NCBI RefSeq assembly: GCF_964188315.1
Contig: NC_135673.1
Location: forward strand, 38,502,001-38,566,000
DNA from: Podarcis muralis
Lineage: Eukaryota
DNA length: 64,000 bases
Direction: 5' to 3'
Shown: positions 13,942 through 27,152 of the stretch, in pieces
How the letters are laid out: the number at the start of each line of letters is the position of its first letter
Position numbering within the stretch: position 1 is the first letter of the stretch
Program-made: the position numbers and the translations under genes
The notes under the pieces: model-generated
The model's database searches: none
The model's input: only the letters and a program-made list of their open reading frames with translations
Told to the model about the DNA's origin: nothing

Positions 13942-14087
13942 CAGTGGCGGAGCTTCATGCTCCGGCACCAGGTGGTGGAGAGCAGGCGGGGGCGTGGCTG
14001 GCACGTGTCCTGGGGACGTGGCACCCTACCAGGATCGCGCTGCCGGGGGCGGTGCACTCCCCCCGCACTCCTCTTCCTCCACCACTG
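13942..14087. mobile_element. hAT MITE
   Basis: TIR cagtggcggag/ctccaccactg; exact 8-bp TSD acttcacc. Confidence 0.85.
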
Positions 14088-14499
14088 ACTTCACCCAATT
14101 TGGTGTGGCAGCCCCAAACTGCACCAATGTGCACCAACTCCTCTGCAGATTGTTGCCTGGTTTGCCCAGTTCAGTGTCATGGTCTAAACTGTGCAGATTT
14201 TGTGGACTCTGAAGGTACGGTCACCAAATTTGGCGTGACAGGTCACAACTGTGCTGATTTGGATGCCTCTCAGGACATTGCTATTCAACTTGTCAAAAGA
14301 GTTCCCGAGGTAACTTGTCAAAAGGGTTCCTGCCTATCTTTGGACACTGGACACCATTTTGAATCAATATGGTGGACTGAAAGGTGACTTTGGTGTGACT
14401 TTGCCCTTATGGGTTTGACTGTTAAAAACAAGAGTTCCTAAGGTGGAGGAGACATTTCCACCTACATTTGGATGATATTAGATGCAATGAACAATGCAT

Positions 14500-14500
14500 C

Positions 14501-14551
<51 letters not shown>

Positions 14552-14565
14552 ATGTGTGTGTGTGT
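14500..14565. repeat. (TC)n(TG)n microsatellite
   Basis: Read directly from the sequence. Confidence 0.95.
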
Positions 14566-16236
14566 TTGCAGTCCCGAACCCATTTAAAAATCACTTTGGG
14601 ACGGGTTTTTTTTCAGAATCCAGGGAAGCACTGGGTACTCCCCACTAGTTACTGGGTTACTGGCTTTGATTCAACAGCTTCCATGTATTCTCCAGTTGTG
14701 CCTCCAAATGTTCTTGGTGGCGGTGGTTGTTCCCCCCCCCCCCTCGGAAATGGAGTAGATCCCGTATCTGTCTACTAATCTTTCATAATTGGAGTAAACA
14801 TTACTGTAAATAGAAGATGCTCAACTTATCTCTGACAGAATGTTAATAGGATTAGCAGGCAATATGGAATCTCATTGCCAGTGAGTGCTGTAATCCTCCT
14901 AATTAGAGTGGTATATCATGGCATAAACCCAGTGTTGTGATTTTAATGAGCAAAAACATACTTAGGGGGAAAATATGGGGGAAATCTAAATATTTTCATG
15001 TCGTCTTTGCTTCTTCAGCAAAAGAAGGGGGGTCCTCTGTTTTAATCAAGGATGCAAATTCTTTTGGCGCTAACACCTGCCTTACTCTCTTTGAGTAAGC
15101 AACCCTGATGCATCTTGCTATACCTGAGAAGCAGCTCCGTCACAGATGTGTTTGGTCATTACCGACTTTATCAGCTTCTTCCCATAGAAAAGTGCTATTT
15201 GTTGGTTACAAAGGCAGGAAATAGGTATACAAAGGAGAATTCCCTGGATGCCAAGATCCAGGTTTGGGGAAAGTACTCTTTGGTGAGAGAACCCCAGCAG
15301 AAGTTTTAGATCACAAAATATGCAGCAAAGTAAATATAGGCTGTTAGACCTTTAAAACATGCCCTTCTATGTTCCTTCAAAAGTTTCCCCCTTCTCCTAG
15401 CATAGAAAAAGGCTACATGTTTGGTAAGAATGGTTTAAGTTAAAGTTTTAAAAGGTAACTTGCAACTTTTGTTCATTTAACTTGTGCACATTTTTCTTTA
15501 GGCACTTGGCTGCTTTTTTTTAAGAGGGTGGAAAGCAAAAAAAAAAGGCTTTGCCAATCCCACCTGCCACTGAGCCCAATGTCTTTTGACTATACACGAT
15601 TTTGGATTTACACTATTGCACACATCATTTTCTGATTGTGGCTTCCCAAGGGCACCTGGTTGGCCACTCTGAGAACAAAATGCAGGATTAGATAGGCCTT
15701 TGGTCTGATCCAATGGAGCTCTTCTATGTTCTTATATGCTGCGTCCCTGTAAGAAACTGATTTGTTTTCAATAAATGCATTAGCATTTTCAACTTTCCCC
15801 ATCATGAAGCTGCAGGGATGGGGCAACTGGCCCTGTTGAATTACTGCCTGTAAAGCAACTAGGAAGCTACCTTTACTGAATTGGACCATTGCTCCAACCA
15901 GCTCAGCCTTGTCTACAATGACCAGCACTGGCTCTCCCACATCTCAGGCAGCAATGTCTTCTCCCAGCTTAACCCAGAGTTGCCAGGGATTGATCTTGAG
16001 GCTTTCTGCATGCAAAGCAAATATTCTGCCACTAAGTTATGGCCTTTCTCTGTTCTGTTAGAGGCATGAGACATACTATTATGAAAGGGTTTGGCAACCT
16101 GCCCCCTTTATGTTGTACAAATGTTGTGTATTTCCATCCTAATCTTGAAAACTGAGCAATGGGGTTTCATTTACACTTAGAACATAACTCAGCCTGTTGG
16201 ACTCAGAGGCATTTCACTATAACAAACTCTGTGCAT

Positions 16237-16601
16237 TTCCAAGCACAATTCAAAGTGTTGGTGCTGACCTTTAAAGCCCTAAACGGCCTCAGTCCAGTAT
16301 ACCTGAAGGAGCGTCTCCACCTCCATTGTTCTGCCCGGACACTGAGGTCCAGCTCCAAGGGCCTTCTAGCGGTTCCCTCACTGTGAGAAGCCAAGTTACA
16401 GGGAACCAGGCAGAGGGCCTTCTCGGTAGTGGCACCCACCCTGTGGAATGCCCTCCCATCAGATGTCAAAGAGAAAAATAACTACCAAACTTTTAGAAGA
16501 CATCTAAAGGCAGCCCTGTTTAGGGAAGCTTTTAATGTTTAATAGATTATTGTATTTTAGTGTTTTGTTGGAAGCCGCCCAGAGTGGCTGGCTATAAATA
16601 A

Positions 16602-16638
<37 letters not shown>
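16237..16638 (+). mobile_element. L2 LINE 3' fragment with (ATT)n tail
   Basis: Encodes ...FKVLVLTFKALNGL.PVYLKERL...; same family as 51527-51889. Confidence 0.85.
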
Positions 16639-18619
16639 GTGCACTCATGCACTGCTTGTAGCTTCCCATAAGCATCTGGTTGGCTACTATGGGAAGAGAA
16701 TACTGGACTAGATCGCTCTGGTGGAGCTCTTCTTAGTTTCTTATATGCCACATTCCTGAATGAAACCTCACTGTTTTTGGAAGGTCAAGAGGAGCATCTG
16801 TGTTTTCTGCTTCCCTCACCATGGACCTGCAGTGGTGGAAAAACTGAACCTGTTGAACTACTGCATGTAAAGCCCACTCTTAGAGGTGTGGAAGTTAGTG
16901 CCAGGAGAGGGCATGTCCCTTACGCCCTTTATGGTATGTCAGCCTCTTGCTTCCACATTCCCATCCTAATTTCTAATGTAGAAAAGTCCTAAATAAATTG
17001 AACTGAAGAAGGGAGTCGATTTACCATCCATGCAACAAGTCCATACAGCAAGGAAACTCAGGGACAACCTTCTGGCGGCGGTTTCACAATTCAAGCTCAG
17101 ATACATTTCAGCATAACAAGCTGTGTGGTGGATTGCAAATTCATTGAATAAACTTCATTTTGAGAATTGCTTTCCTCTCTTTGGGAGGCATAGGGAGATA
17201 AGCAAGGACTTCTCATCATCTTGGGATGATGAGTGCCTGGACCCACAAACCACTTCTTTCATCCCTTGACCTTAGAGCTTTCCATTCCTCTTCCTTTTGA
17301 AATGGTCCAGAATCCAAGTTTTAGAGGGTGAAGGGAAGACTTCATTATCACTGTGTACCTCGGGCTTCATTGTGAATAAATCCAATTATATCCTAGTAAT
17401 GAGACTACTGGATTTTAAAGTCATGTTTAATGAATGGTAAAGTGTACTCAAAAACAAGCTGAACAACTCTGCTTGCCCCAGAGGTCCTCAGAGATCAATG
17501 CGCTTAATTGGTTATGGCATAGCATAGAAGCAGATGTGCAAGGATGTATTGATCTAACTAGTTCCTCTGAATTAAAACTGGTGCTCATACGAGAGGACCC
17601 AGGTGAACAGTAATTTCTTGCTATATGCCAGCTTTTTTTCTGGATGCAACCAGTGAATACTCAAGATGCAATCTGTAGACATGTGCACACTTATGTATCA
17701 GTGGTAATTTTAAAGCATTTTACAATGCACTTTTCATCTATCATCATCATTATTTCATAATCTGATATCCATAAATGGATGCAAAAAAATTTAATTAAAT
17801 ATTCAGACAATACCGTTGCAGAAGCACTTCATGGGTGGTATCCAACTAGCTTCTGCTGGTGCAAGGATTTTGGCTGTGCAAGAGAACATCCCTCTCCTCT
17901 CCTCTCTTCTCCTCTCCTTTCCCCATGTACCGCATAAATCTGTTCTGGTGGTGGTCCTCTTCAGAGCAGATTTAGGTTGGGTGTGTGGAATGCATGGAAA
18001 GAAGAGAGAGGAGGGAAATCCCACTGCAAAAGCAGAAATCCTTTCATTAGCAGAAGCGCTCCACTGGGTGCTACCTTATGTCTTTATCTGAGTGCTTATA
18101 TCCCAAGCTCTATCACTGATATCTTTGGCAGGTGTGTCATTGGTTGTTCCTTGAGTTGGCAAGACTCAGTTGACCTCAACATGAAATAGAACTGTCAGTG
18201 TCATTGGCCCAGTCCTGTGGAATATTCTGCCAGCGTAGATTCAGCAGGTGTCCTCCATTTCAACCTTTAAACACCTGCTGAAAACTCAACTATTCCATCA
18301 GGCTAATGCAAGATATTAAGAATAAAAACTAAGAAGGCACCCAGATGCCAACTGTAAGAAGCAGGAAACTGGAGCTGCACATATGCCTTTGGTTTGATCA
18401 AGTGGGGATTTTCATTTGAATCCTCAGCACCTTGCCAAAAAAATACCCACAATCTCAGAGGCAAGCCATGAGTGCTATAAAGTGATGCAAGATTTATTTA
18501 TTGTGTTTATATCTCTTCCAAGGAGAGTAATATGGTGTATATAGTTCTCCCACACACACATACACCATTTTCTCTGAACAACAGCCCTGTGAGGTAGTTT
18601 AGGCTGAGATGTAGGGGTG

Positions 18620-19030
18620 TGGGAGAAAATCAATTCATTTTCACATTTAAAGCTGAATCTATGTAATTTGCACGTTCTGAAATGATATGCAAAATGAAGC
18701 ACAGCTCTCCTCTGAAGTCTGCACTGCTCCGAATTTTGCAATGCTTCCCAGTCAAGTACTGTGCACCAAAATGCAGAGAGCAGTGTGCATTCAAATGCAT
18801 ATATTCGTGAAAACAGCATATAAAACCACATTTTGGTAGGGGAAATTGCTTTGCAGAAATATATAAATTGGGCCAAATGGCATGCAAAATGTGTATATTA
18901 GGAGAAATTTGCACTAAAATGGGGGTGGATTTTCAAGAGGACTTAAAAAGCACACACACCATCAGTTAACATGGAGAACTTAAAACAGGAAAAATGAAAA
19001 ACTAAGAGAAACCAAAATGGTCAGATCTGC
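18620..19030. repeat. Old AT-rich dispersed repeat; other copies near 6130-6300, 44740-45030, 51250-51520, 56340-56580, 57260-57500 and 63880-64000
   Basis: Shared motifs such as tgcaaaatgtgtatattaggagaaatt and ttttccctaat. Boundaries approximate; family not identified. Confidence 0.55.
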
Positions 19031-20297
19031 CCACTCCTAATTGAGAATGTGTATGGCCCAAGGTCAACTTCATGACTGGGTGGAGATTTGAACCTTCATC
19101 TCCCAGGTCCTAGTTTGGCACTCTAACCACTATTCTACACACTGTCTCTCAGATCAGATAAGACTATGTAGTATAGTTAATGCCAAAGTCCAACTTGTTG
19201 CTTCCATTCAGCCCACTGTTCTTGCATTCACTTCCACCCTCCAGCACATGTTCTCTGCAGTGTTTAGTCCCCTGGTGGCTCTAAATAAATGCTAAATAGT
19301 GCTTGCAGGGAAAGATGATTAAATGAAATCACTGTCAAGTCAGTTTAGATTCTAATCACACGGTTCAGTCTGTTTTATATTCTATTTACACTGTTGTCGC
19401 ATTTCTTTAATCCAGCAAGCTAGCCTGGTGAATAGAAGGAATCAGACTCAAACACCAGCTGGAGAATGCTGGATGCGTTATGCACACACCCCATGCTCAG
19501 AATTGGCAATGGCTGCAAGCACGCTTAAGAAGGAACTTGGAGCTGGCAGAAGCAAGAGCCGAGTGTAAAGGAACTGTGTGCATTTGTGTGCCTAACAATA
19601 TGAGCTGTTACATATGGACAGGCACATCACAGCAACAAAATGCATGAACCCCAAATAAAGTTGCAAAAGAATATAGACTTGCAGCTAATCAAACTATTAC
19701 ACTAACATCTTCTATTCAACAAGTGTATTTTCCCTTAAAGGTGATCATACAGTGCCATCTTCTGATCAGAATTTTTATTGCAAGAAGTATACTTGAGGCT
19801 TGGTACGGTGCAATATTCAGTATTCGCCTGCTTCATACGTACGACATTAGAAGCAAAGGATTGTGGGACTTTCACCCTGGGTTTCCTCCTGATGTTACCA
19901 GGTCCATCTTCCCTGATCATTGGCCATGCGGCTTCTGAGACTTTTTCCCCAGATGCATTTAGTCTCTTCAGGGCTACAAGTTTTAGTTCGTTGATCAATT
20001 ATATCCATCCATAATCATTGTTAATGAACTAAAACGAGGCTTCTACTTAAGCAAAACAAAGATTAAAATAATCCATTTTAATCAGAGCAGGCATGGTGTC
20101 ATATTTGCTAGCACAAGAGTCCTTGCATGAGCAGATGGCAGAGATTAAAAGGGGCACAAATGAATCCCATGCAACAGGTATCCTAGCAGAAGCTTGCTTT
20201 GATCCTTATTTATTCATTCATCAGCTCACTGAGTTTCTATGCTACCCTTCCTCCCTAGCAGCTGATTCTTGTTGTGCAATCCACCAAGCTTTGTGTA

Positions 20298-20535
20298 CAG
20301 TAGTACCTTGGTACTCAAACAGCTTGGCTCCCAAATGCTGCAAACTCGGAAGTGAGTGTTCTGGTTTGCAAACGTTCTTTGGAAGCTGAACGTCCAAAGC
20401 TGTGGCTTCCACAGCTTCCAATAGAGTGCCGGAAGCTCCTGCAGCCAATCGGAAGCCACACCTTGATTTTTCAACCATTTCGGGAGTCAAACAAACTTCC
20501 AGAATAGATTAAGTTCAAAAACCAAAGTACCACTG
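20298..20535. mobile_element. Tc1/mariner MITE
   Basis: cagtagtaccttgg...accaaagtaccactg; TA on the left. Confidence 0.75.
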
Positions 20536-20717
20536 TGTTTACTTAATTGTAGTAATTTAGAAAGCCCTAAATAATTGGGCCCACACCACATTAAGGAAGT
20601 TCTGGTTCCCTTATGCTCTGCCTCAATCACTGAGGAACCTCTGAGGGGGCACATCTCATGGTTCCCCACGTCCCTGAGGTTCAGGTGGCTTTTATTAGGG
20701 ACTAAGCCTATAGAGTA

Positions 20718-21073
20718 GGGACGCGGGTGGCGCTGTGGGTAATACCTCAGCGCCTAGGGCTTGCCGATCGCATGGTCAGCAGTTCGAATCCCCGCGGCGG
20801 GGTGAGCTCCCGTCTTTCGATCCCAGCTCCTGCCCACCTAGCAGTTCGAAAGCACCCCTAAGTGCAAGTAGATAAATAGGTACCACTTTCTAGCGGGAAG
20901 GTAAACGGCGTTTCCGTGTGCTGCGCTGGTGCTGGCTCGCCAGAGCAGCTTCATCACGCTGGCCACGTGACCCGGGAGTGTCTCCGGACAGCACTGGCCC
21001 CCGGCCTCTTAAGTGAGATGGGTGCACAACCCTAGAGTCGGACACGACTGGCCCGTACAGGCAGGGGTACCTT
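20718..21073 (+). mobile_element. Sauria SINE, full length
   Basis: 5' gggacgcgggtggcgctgtggg, 3' ggggtaccttt; TSD taagcctatag. Confidence 0.9.
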
Positions 21074-22989
21074 TAAGCCTATAGTATGGGAGGCCCTGCC
21101 CTTTGGAATTCTCTGATGGTAGAGGTTTGTCATGAATCACTTCTGCCTTCCTTTAGATGTCTTCTGAAGACTGTTACTCAGATGTGCCTTTGCAATGTGA
21201 ATCTATTTTCACCAACCAGTATTTATCGATGCTTTTCCTGATTTTTTTCCCCCTATCGTTTTTATTGCTCTTATTGCAACTTTGTATTCTGAATACCACA
21301 TTGTTGTGTTTTTTCATGGAACTGCAGCCCATAGATACTCCAATAAATAAATAAAATAATTAAAATATGGGATAGAAAAGCCTCAGCGAATGAAGAAATG
21401 CTGCTACTAGAATTCACAAGGCGCAAAATTGAACCGTACAATTTCAAAAATTTTCAAAAATCTGCTTAGAAATTCTGGTGGTCCAACCTAAACCCTCCCT
21501 GTGAAATCCATTCTGCATTTCTTACATCTACACTCAGGGATGGCTAGTGCAGTGCCCTCCAGATGTTGTTGAACTACAGCTAACATCATTCCTGACCGTT
21601 GACATGCTGGCAGGATGGGAGCCATGGCTCAACAACCTCTGGAGAGCATCAGTATAGCTATCTTAGTTCTACGTGCTCATTTTTGGAGACACGTGGTTTT
21701 CTCACACACCAGTGAGTAGTATCATCACTTCTGCATTCTTTCCTAGTGTTACCAAACCATCTCCTACAATCAATGGTTTGAAGGGGAGTGGGGTGAGAAA
21801 AGAATAGGGTTTTTTTTTTTTCCAGCCCAGAAGACTAACTCTGCTATTTACTTGAAGAGAACAAACACCACTACAAATGTTTGCTCTCTGTATTATCAAT
21901 GTTGTTCAATAATTCAATGCACTAATCATATTCATGGACACACTGTGCAATCTAGATGCCTCTTCAATTAATTGTTCTGTATTCAAGATCTGAAAGAATG
22001 TTAAACACTTTCTAACGAAAAGGAATTTAAACAGCTCTTCCCAAGCGATTTAGAACAGAGTTAGGCAGGCAGTAGGTTTACATGGTGAGACCTTAGCTGG
22101 AGTTTACCATTTTGTTTTGTGGGTGGAGTGTGGGAACAACTTTGAATATCCACCAATAGATGAACACATGGATATAAAAATCATTCATGGGTGGCAGGAG
22201 ATATATCAGGGAGAGAGGCCAGAATTCTTTTCCCCAGTGCACTTTTTAGTTCAATTTTTAGTTCATTGATCAGTTATTTCCATCAATAATTATTGTTTAC
22301 AAACGTAAATGATGCTCCTTCTTAATCAAAACAAAGATTAAAAGATTTCATTTTAATCAAAGCAGGCATAGTGTTATATCCAACTTTCTGTTCACTAGCA
22401 CAAGAGTCCTTGCACTAGCAGAGATTAAAGGTGGCACAAATGAATCCAGTGTGACAGATACACTTGCAGAAGCTTGTTTTTATTCTCTTTCTATTCACTA
22501 ATTCACTCAGTTTCTATCCTATCCTTCATCCCAGTCAGCTGATCCTCCTGTGCAATCCACCAGTCTTTGGTGATGTGATTTCTCTTGCACAACTATGTCC
22601 AACCAGCACAGGTATGTTGCTTGTCCAGGCTCTCAGCTGATAAAGAACTCAGGTTAAAATTTCTGCAAAAATCTATAATGCTCAGATAAACATGATTCAT
22701 GAGTGGAGGTGAGGGTTAAAGGCACTTCAGGTGAACTGCATGGCTATGCAAGTTAAGAGGTGATCCAGTGAGCAACACGCCCCCTGCTCTTTGTTTTAAA
22801 AGATAAGGGTACGCACAGCGTTAGCACAGTGAGAGGAATATTCAGATTGGGCAAGCAAACTGATGCTCCTCAGAGTGAGTTGGTTCTGAGCAGTCTCTTC
22901 ACACTGGTGCTGGCATCTCCAACTGTAGAGGCAGAGCATAGCCATTGCGTAGCAAGTTCCCTTCTCCCACCAGTAGGAATAACAACACG

Positions 22990-23631
22990 TGACACAAATC
23001 TTTAAGGTTAATGGGCTAAAATTGGCCACAACTTTATTGGTTACAGGTAAAGAGCGGTATTGGCTTAGGTATTGGTCCTATCCGTCTATCCAGTTTCAGC
23101 CTGTTTGCTTGAAGATCGGGAAGGGTTAACACCTGCTGATGCACATCAACTAGGGACTCCCCCAGGGGTCACCGCTCGGGGGGGGCACTTTAGACCCTGA
23201 CCTCCATAGGCTTCAGACGAGGCCATGCCCCCCGGAATCCTTTACTGGACTACCCTTCAATATTTGGGGGAGGTGATGGCGCTGCTCCCCCCCAACACAT
23301 CTACATAACAATACCCCTACCAATGCCTAACCGCCAAAACCAAAGAAGTTGTGACGATTTGATGGCACGGTTTCTAGCCCGGCGGACAATACTGTGGCCT
23401 ATAATCCAAATGCGCACAGCCACATCTCCTGCAAGAAAAGAATGCGACAAGCCCTAGTCAGGTATGAAGTGACAAGTCATAAGAAGCTGAGCGGCCAAAG
23501 AGGGAGATCCCAGGCCACGCTTGCCTTAAATGAGGCAAGCCACACCCCCTGAGCCAGCCGATTGCTCGCCAGGGGACAACGCAGCCCGAGGATTCCCCTG
23601 ATTGCGCAGGGGCTGGAAGCCAGTCTCCGCA
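22990..23631 (-). mobile_element. Solo LTR (ERV/Gypsy-type), 642 bp
   Basis: TG...CA termini, exact 4-bp TSD cacg (22986-22989 and 23632-23635), minus-strand AATAAA at 23033-23038, CpGs retained. Confidence 0.7.
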
Positions 23632-24560
23632 CACGTGTTGGGGGTGTGAAGCCCACAACAACAACAACAACACCTCCTCCTGAGGTTGGAAGTGGCTTTG
23701 TGGCAAGTAGCCATCGACAGCCCTGTCCTCCATGGATTTGTCAAATCCTCTTTTAAAGCCAGCTAGGTTGGTGACCATCACTGCCTCCTGCTTCGCTGTG
23801 TACTTTTATTTGGTCTTTCCTGAATAGTTCAACATTCAGCTTCATGGGATGTCCACGAGTTCTAGCGTCATGAGAGAAGGAGAAAAACTTTTCTCTATCC
23901 ACTTTCTCCATTGAAGGGTTTCAGTCGGTGTTGGGGAGAATTGATACAGTGGAAGCGAGTTCCAAAGGGCTGGTGATGAAATAGTCTTTGCAGGAGGCCC
24001 TCTCTTGCAGGACACAGTGATTAGTTGGGCTTCATTTGCACAAGCGGGTAGGTGGAGGCTGAATACCAAAGGAGGTGGAGCCCAATCTAAAACTGGGTGG
24101 GCCAAAAGACACATCTGCACACATACTGCCCATTTAGGCTGCATTTCTATGGTATTCCTGCAACTTCTTTACCTGTTAATTTGTGTGGTTGTTTTTTTTG
24201 TAATCTTTGGCATGACACAAATGACACCTCTGGAAATCCAGTGAAATCTTGCAGGTGTTGCGTGCTCATTTCTCTGTTAATCATTTCCACGGGTTGCGGG
24301 GAACCAATTTGCAACCCTTGTAACTTGGAAAATCGTGGGAGTTTTGTGTTGTAGTTTCCCCTGCGATTTTCTGATCATGCCACCATCACTCTCATATGAT
24401 TACATTTGGGGCGGTACCCCAGTATACAGTTCTTCCCCACCATTAAAATAATAATAATCAGAATGTGGTGGATCAAAAAGCCACAGTTCCACAATGCAAC
24501 AGGAACTGTGGCATAAAAAGGAATGTTAGAAAACAGGACATGGGATGCTTGCATTATAAC

Positions 24561-24697
24561 CAGGCATCCCCAAACTCGGCCCTCCAGCTGTTTTGAGACT
24601 ACAATTCTCGCCATCCCTGACTACTGATCCTGTTAGCTGGGGATGATGGGAGCTGTAGTCCCAAAACAGCTGGAGGGCTGAGTTTGGGGGATGCCTG
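24561..24697. mobile_element. Palindromic hAT (Charlie-like) MITE
   Basis: TIR caggcatccccaaactc/gagtttgggggatgcctg; imperfect 8-bp TSD attataac/gttataat. Confidence 0.8.
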
Positions 24698-24974
24698 GTT
24701 ATAATCCATAAAACCACATCTGAATTCAGCCTCATGCATGCCCATCACAACAAATGTGTTCACACACACATATTCCCATGCTTTCCCCACCGCTCATCTG
24801 TTTCATGAGCAGCTGGGCAGCATAGAGAGAAAGAGATAATAGGGAAGAGAAATTGAATCCCTCCCTGCTACTGTTCAGATGACAGGGGGAAACTGGGGGA
24901 GGAGCAGCTGCTCTTTCAAGAACCACCACTAAACCTCAGCCTAACTGAAACACAGCCTAGCCTGCCTTCTGAGA

Positions 24975-25229
24975 GCCAGTGTGGTGTAGTGGTTAAGAGC
25001 GATAGATTTGTAATCTGGTGAACCGGGTTCGCTTCCCCACTCCTCCACATGCAGCTGCTGGGTGACCTTGGGCCAGTCACACTTCTTTGAAGTCTCTCAG
25101 CCCCACTCACCTCACAGAGTGTTTGTTGTGGGGGAGGAAGGGAAAGGAGAATGTTAGCCGCTTTGAGACTCCTTCAGGTAGTGATAAAGCGGGATATCAA
25201 ATCCAAACTCTTCTTCTTCTTCTTCTTCC
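24975..25229 (+). mobile_element. tRNA-derived CORE-type SINE with (TTC)n tail
   Basis: A box ggtgtagtggtta, B-box-like gggttcgc, CORE-like gtgaccttgggccagtcac. Confidence 0.8.
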
Positions 25230-26019
25230 AGGGTTGTGAGTGTAACATGCATTTGTGTTGGTGAGCACGCATGATGTTGTGTTCGATCAAAAAAAATATT
25301 TCCCCCTTGGTGCTCTTTTCTTCATTAAAGTCCCTCCTTCCTCACCCCATCCGTCTAAAACTTTTAACTACTCCATCAGAGAGAGAAAAGTGCCCTTAAT
25401 GAAGAAATTACTGAGAGCGGGGGTCGGAGCCCCTCCTCCCGTTCTACAGCTTTGGTCCACATTAGAACTACACAGCTGCCATACAGATGCTCTTTACGAA
25501 AATAGAAACAAGAGGCACAATCACAGGCATGCTCTGGCTCACCTAGTTTGGTCCTCAGTAGTCCTTACACAACTATCTCTTAAAGTAGGCCAGAACCAAT
25601 GTCTTCCACAGTACAGGCAGAGATATTGTGATTGGCCAAAGGCAAAGAAACGACCTTTGGACTGGACAGTAATATAAACTGTGTGGCTAACAGCTCATTT
25701 TCCAAACCAGTGTGCTGCACTGGCTCTCCAGCACAGGAGCCAACTCCAAGGGGCTCTGCCTCTCCTGATAAAATATTTGAGGGGACAGCCTCCCCCTAAG
25801 TTGATGGGCATTGCCACTCAGATGGCCCCCCACTATTTTATTCAAGTTAGTACCCCATTGTGACTAGACATGTGACTGATATCCTTTGGTTGCTCACCTA
25901 AAGCTACTGGAAAAGCATCCCTTCTCTCGTTTGATTGTTCGCAGCAAAAGATACCATGAAAAAGAAAATCACATCGTAGCCAAACATACACCATGAATTC
26001 TTTGTCAGAGAAAGTAGAC

Positions 26020-26025
26020 TTTATT
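26020..26025 (-). terminator. Candidate polyadenylation signal (minus strand)
   Basis: AATAAA followed ~30 nt later by a GU/U-rich tract (ggtgtatgtttgg...gattttctttttc), at the end of an AT-rich UTR-like block. Confidence 0.45.
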
Positions 26026-26657
26026 TCAACTGCATGCTGTACTTGCTGCACTATAAATATAAGGTATTTTTGATGTTTGAATGGATCAGTATTTTTTTTA
26101 AAAAAAACAAAAACAACAACAACAACAGCAATCACACACCCTTCCCTCCCCACCTCCCATATACTATCCACCCCCACTAAATACTTCCATGTTCTGCACG
26201 TGTTTTTTTTCCTTATCTAAGCCCAGCAAATAGTATAATATTATTTTTAAAATCATTTATTTAAAAAATTGCACATCGACAGGGTTCAGAAATCATTGTC
26301 TGTTTTTTTGTAAAACTTTTCTTTTTTTCCCAAGTCACAATAACTTTTTAAAAGGGAGGAAGTCAACTTGCAAAATTATGTGGGTAAACACATAGGATTC
26401 CAAGTATTTTTTAAAAAAAAAAAAACAAACCAAAAAACAGACCAGGCTTCTTATATACAATGTAATATTCCCTTGCTTATATGATGGCAACAGGTGAAAT
26501 AATCAGAAATACACAAACACACTGTATAGATTGGCACATGAAAGGAAATATATCTGCATGTGCTTTGTTCTTTCTCTGGGGCAGCTGGATTATTTCTTTA
26601 AAAATTTTTTTTTTTTTTAGGATGACTTCATTGTTTTCCTTAATAACGGGATGATTA

Positions 26658-26902
26658 CAGTCATACCTTGGGTTACAGACACTTCAGGTTGCGTGTTTTC
26701 GGGTTGTGCACCGCGCCGAACCTGGAAGTACCAGAACAGGTTACTTCCAGGTTTTGGCGCTCACACATGTGCAGAACCACTAAATCGCACTTTGCGCGTG
26801 CGCAGAAGCACCAAATCACAACCCACACGTGCGCAAACACGGCGCTGTGGGTTGCGAATGTGCTTCCTGCACGGATCATGTTCGCAACCCGAACGTCCAC
26901 TG
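26658..26902. mobile_element. Tc1/mariner MITE
   Basis: cagtcatacc...ccactg, TA TSD; related to 34553, 46547 and 49301. Confidence 0.75.
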
Positions 26903-26940
26903 TACATACATAATGTGCTTACATTGACAATAAACTATTA

Positions 26941-27152
26941 CGTGGTACCTCAGGTTATGAACTTAATTCATTCCAGAGGTCCGTTCTTAACCTGAAACTG
27001 TTCTTAACCTGAGGCGCGCTTTTGCTAATGGGACCTCCCGCTGCTGCCATGCCACTGGCATGTGATTTCCGTTCTCATCCTGGGGAAAAGTTCTCAACCC
27101 GAGGTACTACTTTGTTTGTAACTCGAAGTGTTTGTAACCTGAGGTACCACTG
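26941..27152. mobile_element. Tc1/mariner MITE, 38 bp from the previous one
   Basis: gtggtacctcagg...cctgaggtaccactg, TA flanks. Confidence 0.75.

Noticed and set aside
16990-17140. Protein-like short frames (e.g. MQQVHTARKLRDNLLAAVSQFKLRYISA*)
   Set aside because: Preceded by an in-frame stop with no proper acceptor; expected by chance in 64 kb.
15115-18189. SSVTDVFG (15.1 kb) versus SSITDIFG (18.1 kb) peptide similarity
   Set aside because: Only ~30 nt at modest identity and the flanks are unrelated; consistent with chance.
25590-25700. CCAAT boxes plus a plus-strand TATAAA suggesting a promoter
   Set aside because: Short motifs with no CpG island and no downstream plus-strand exon structure.
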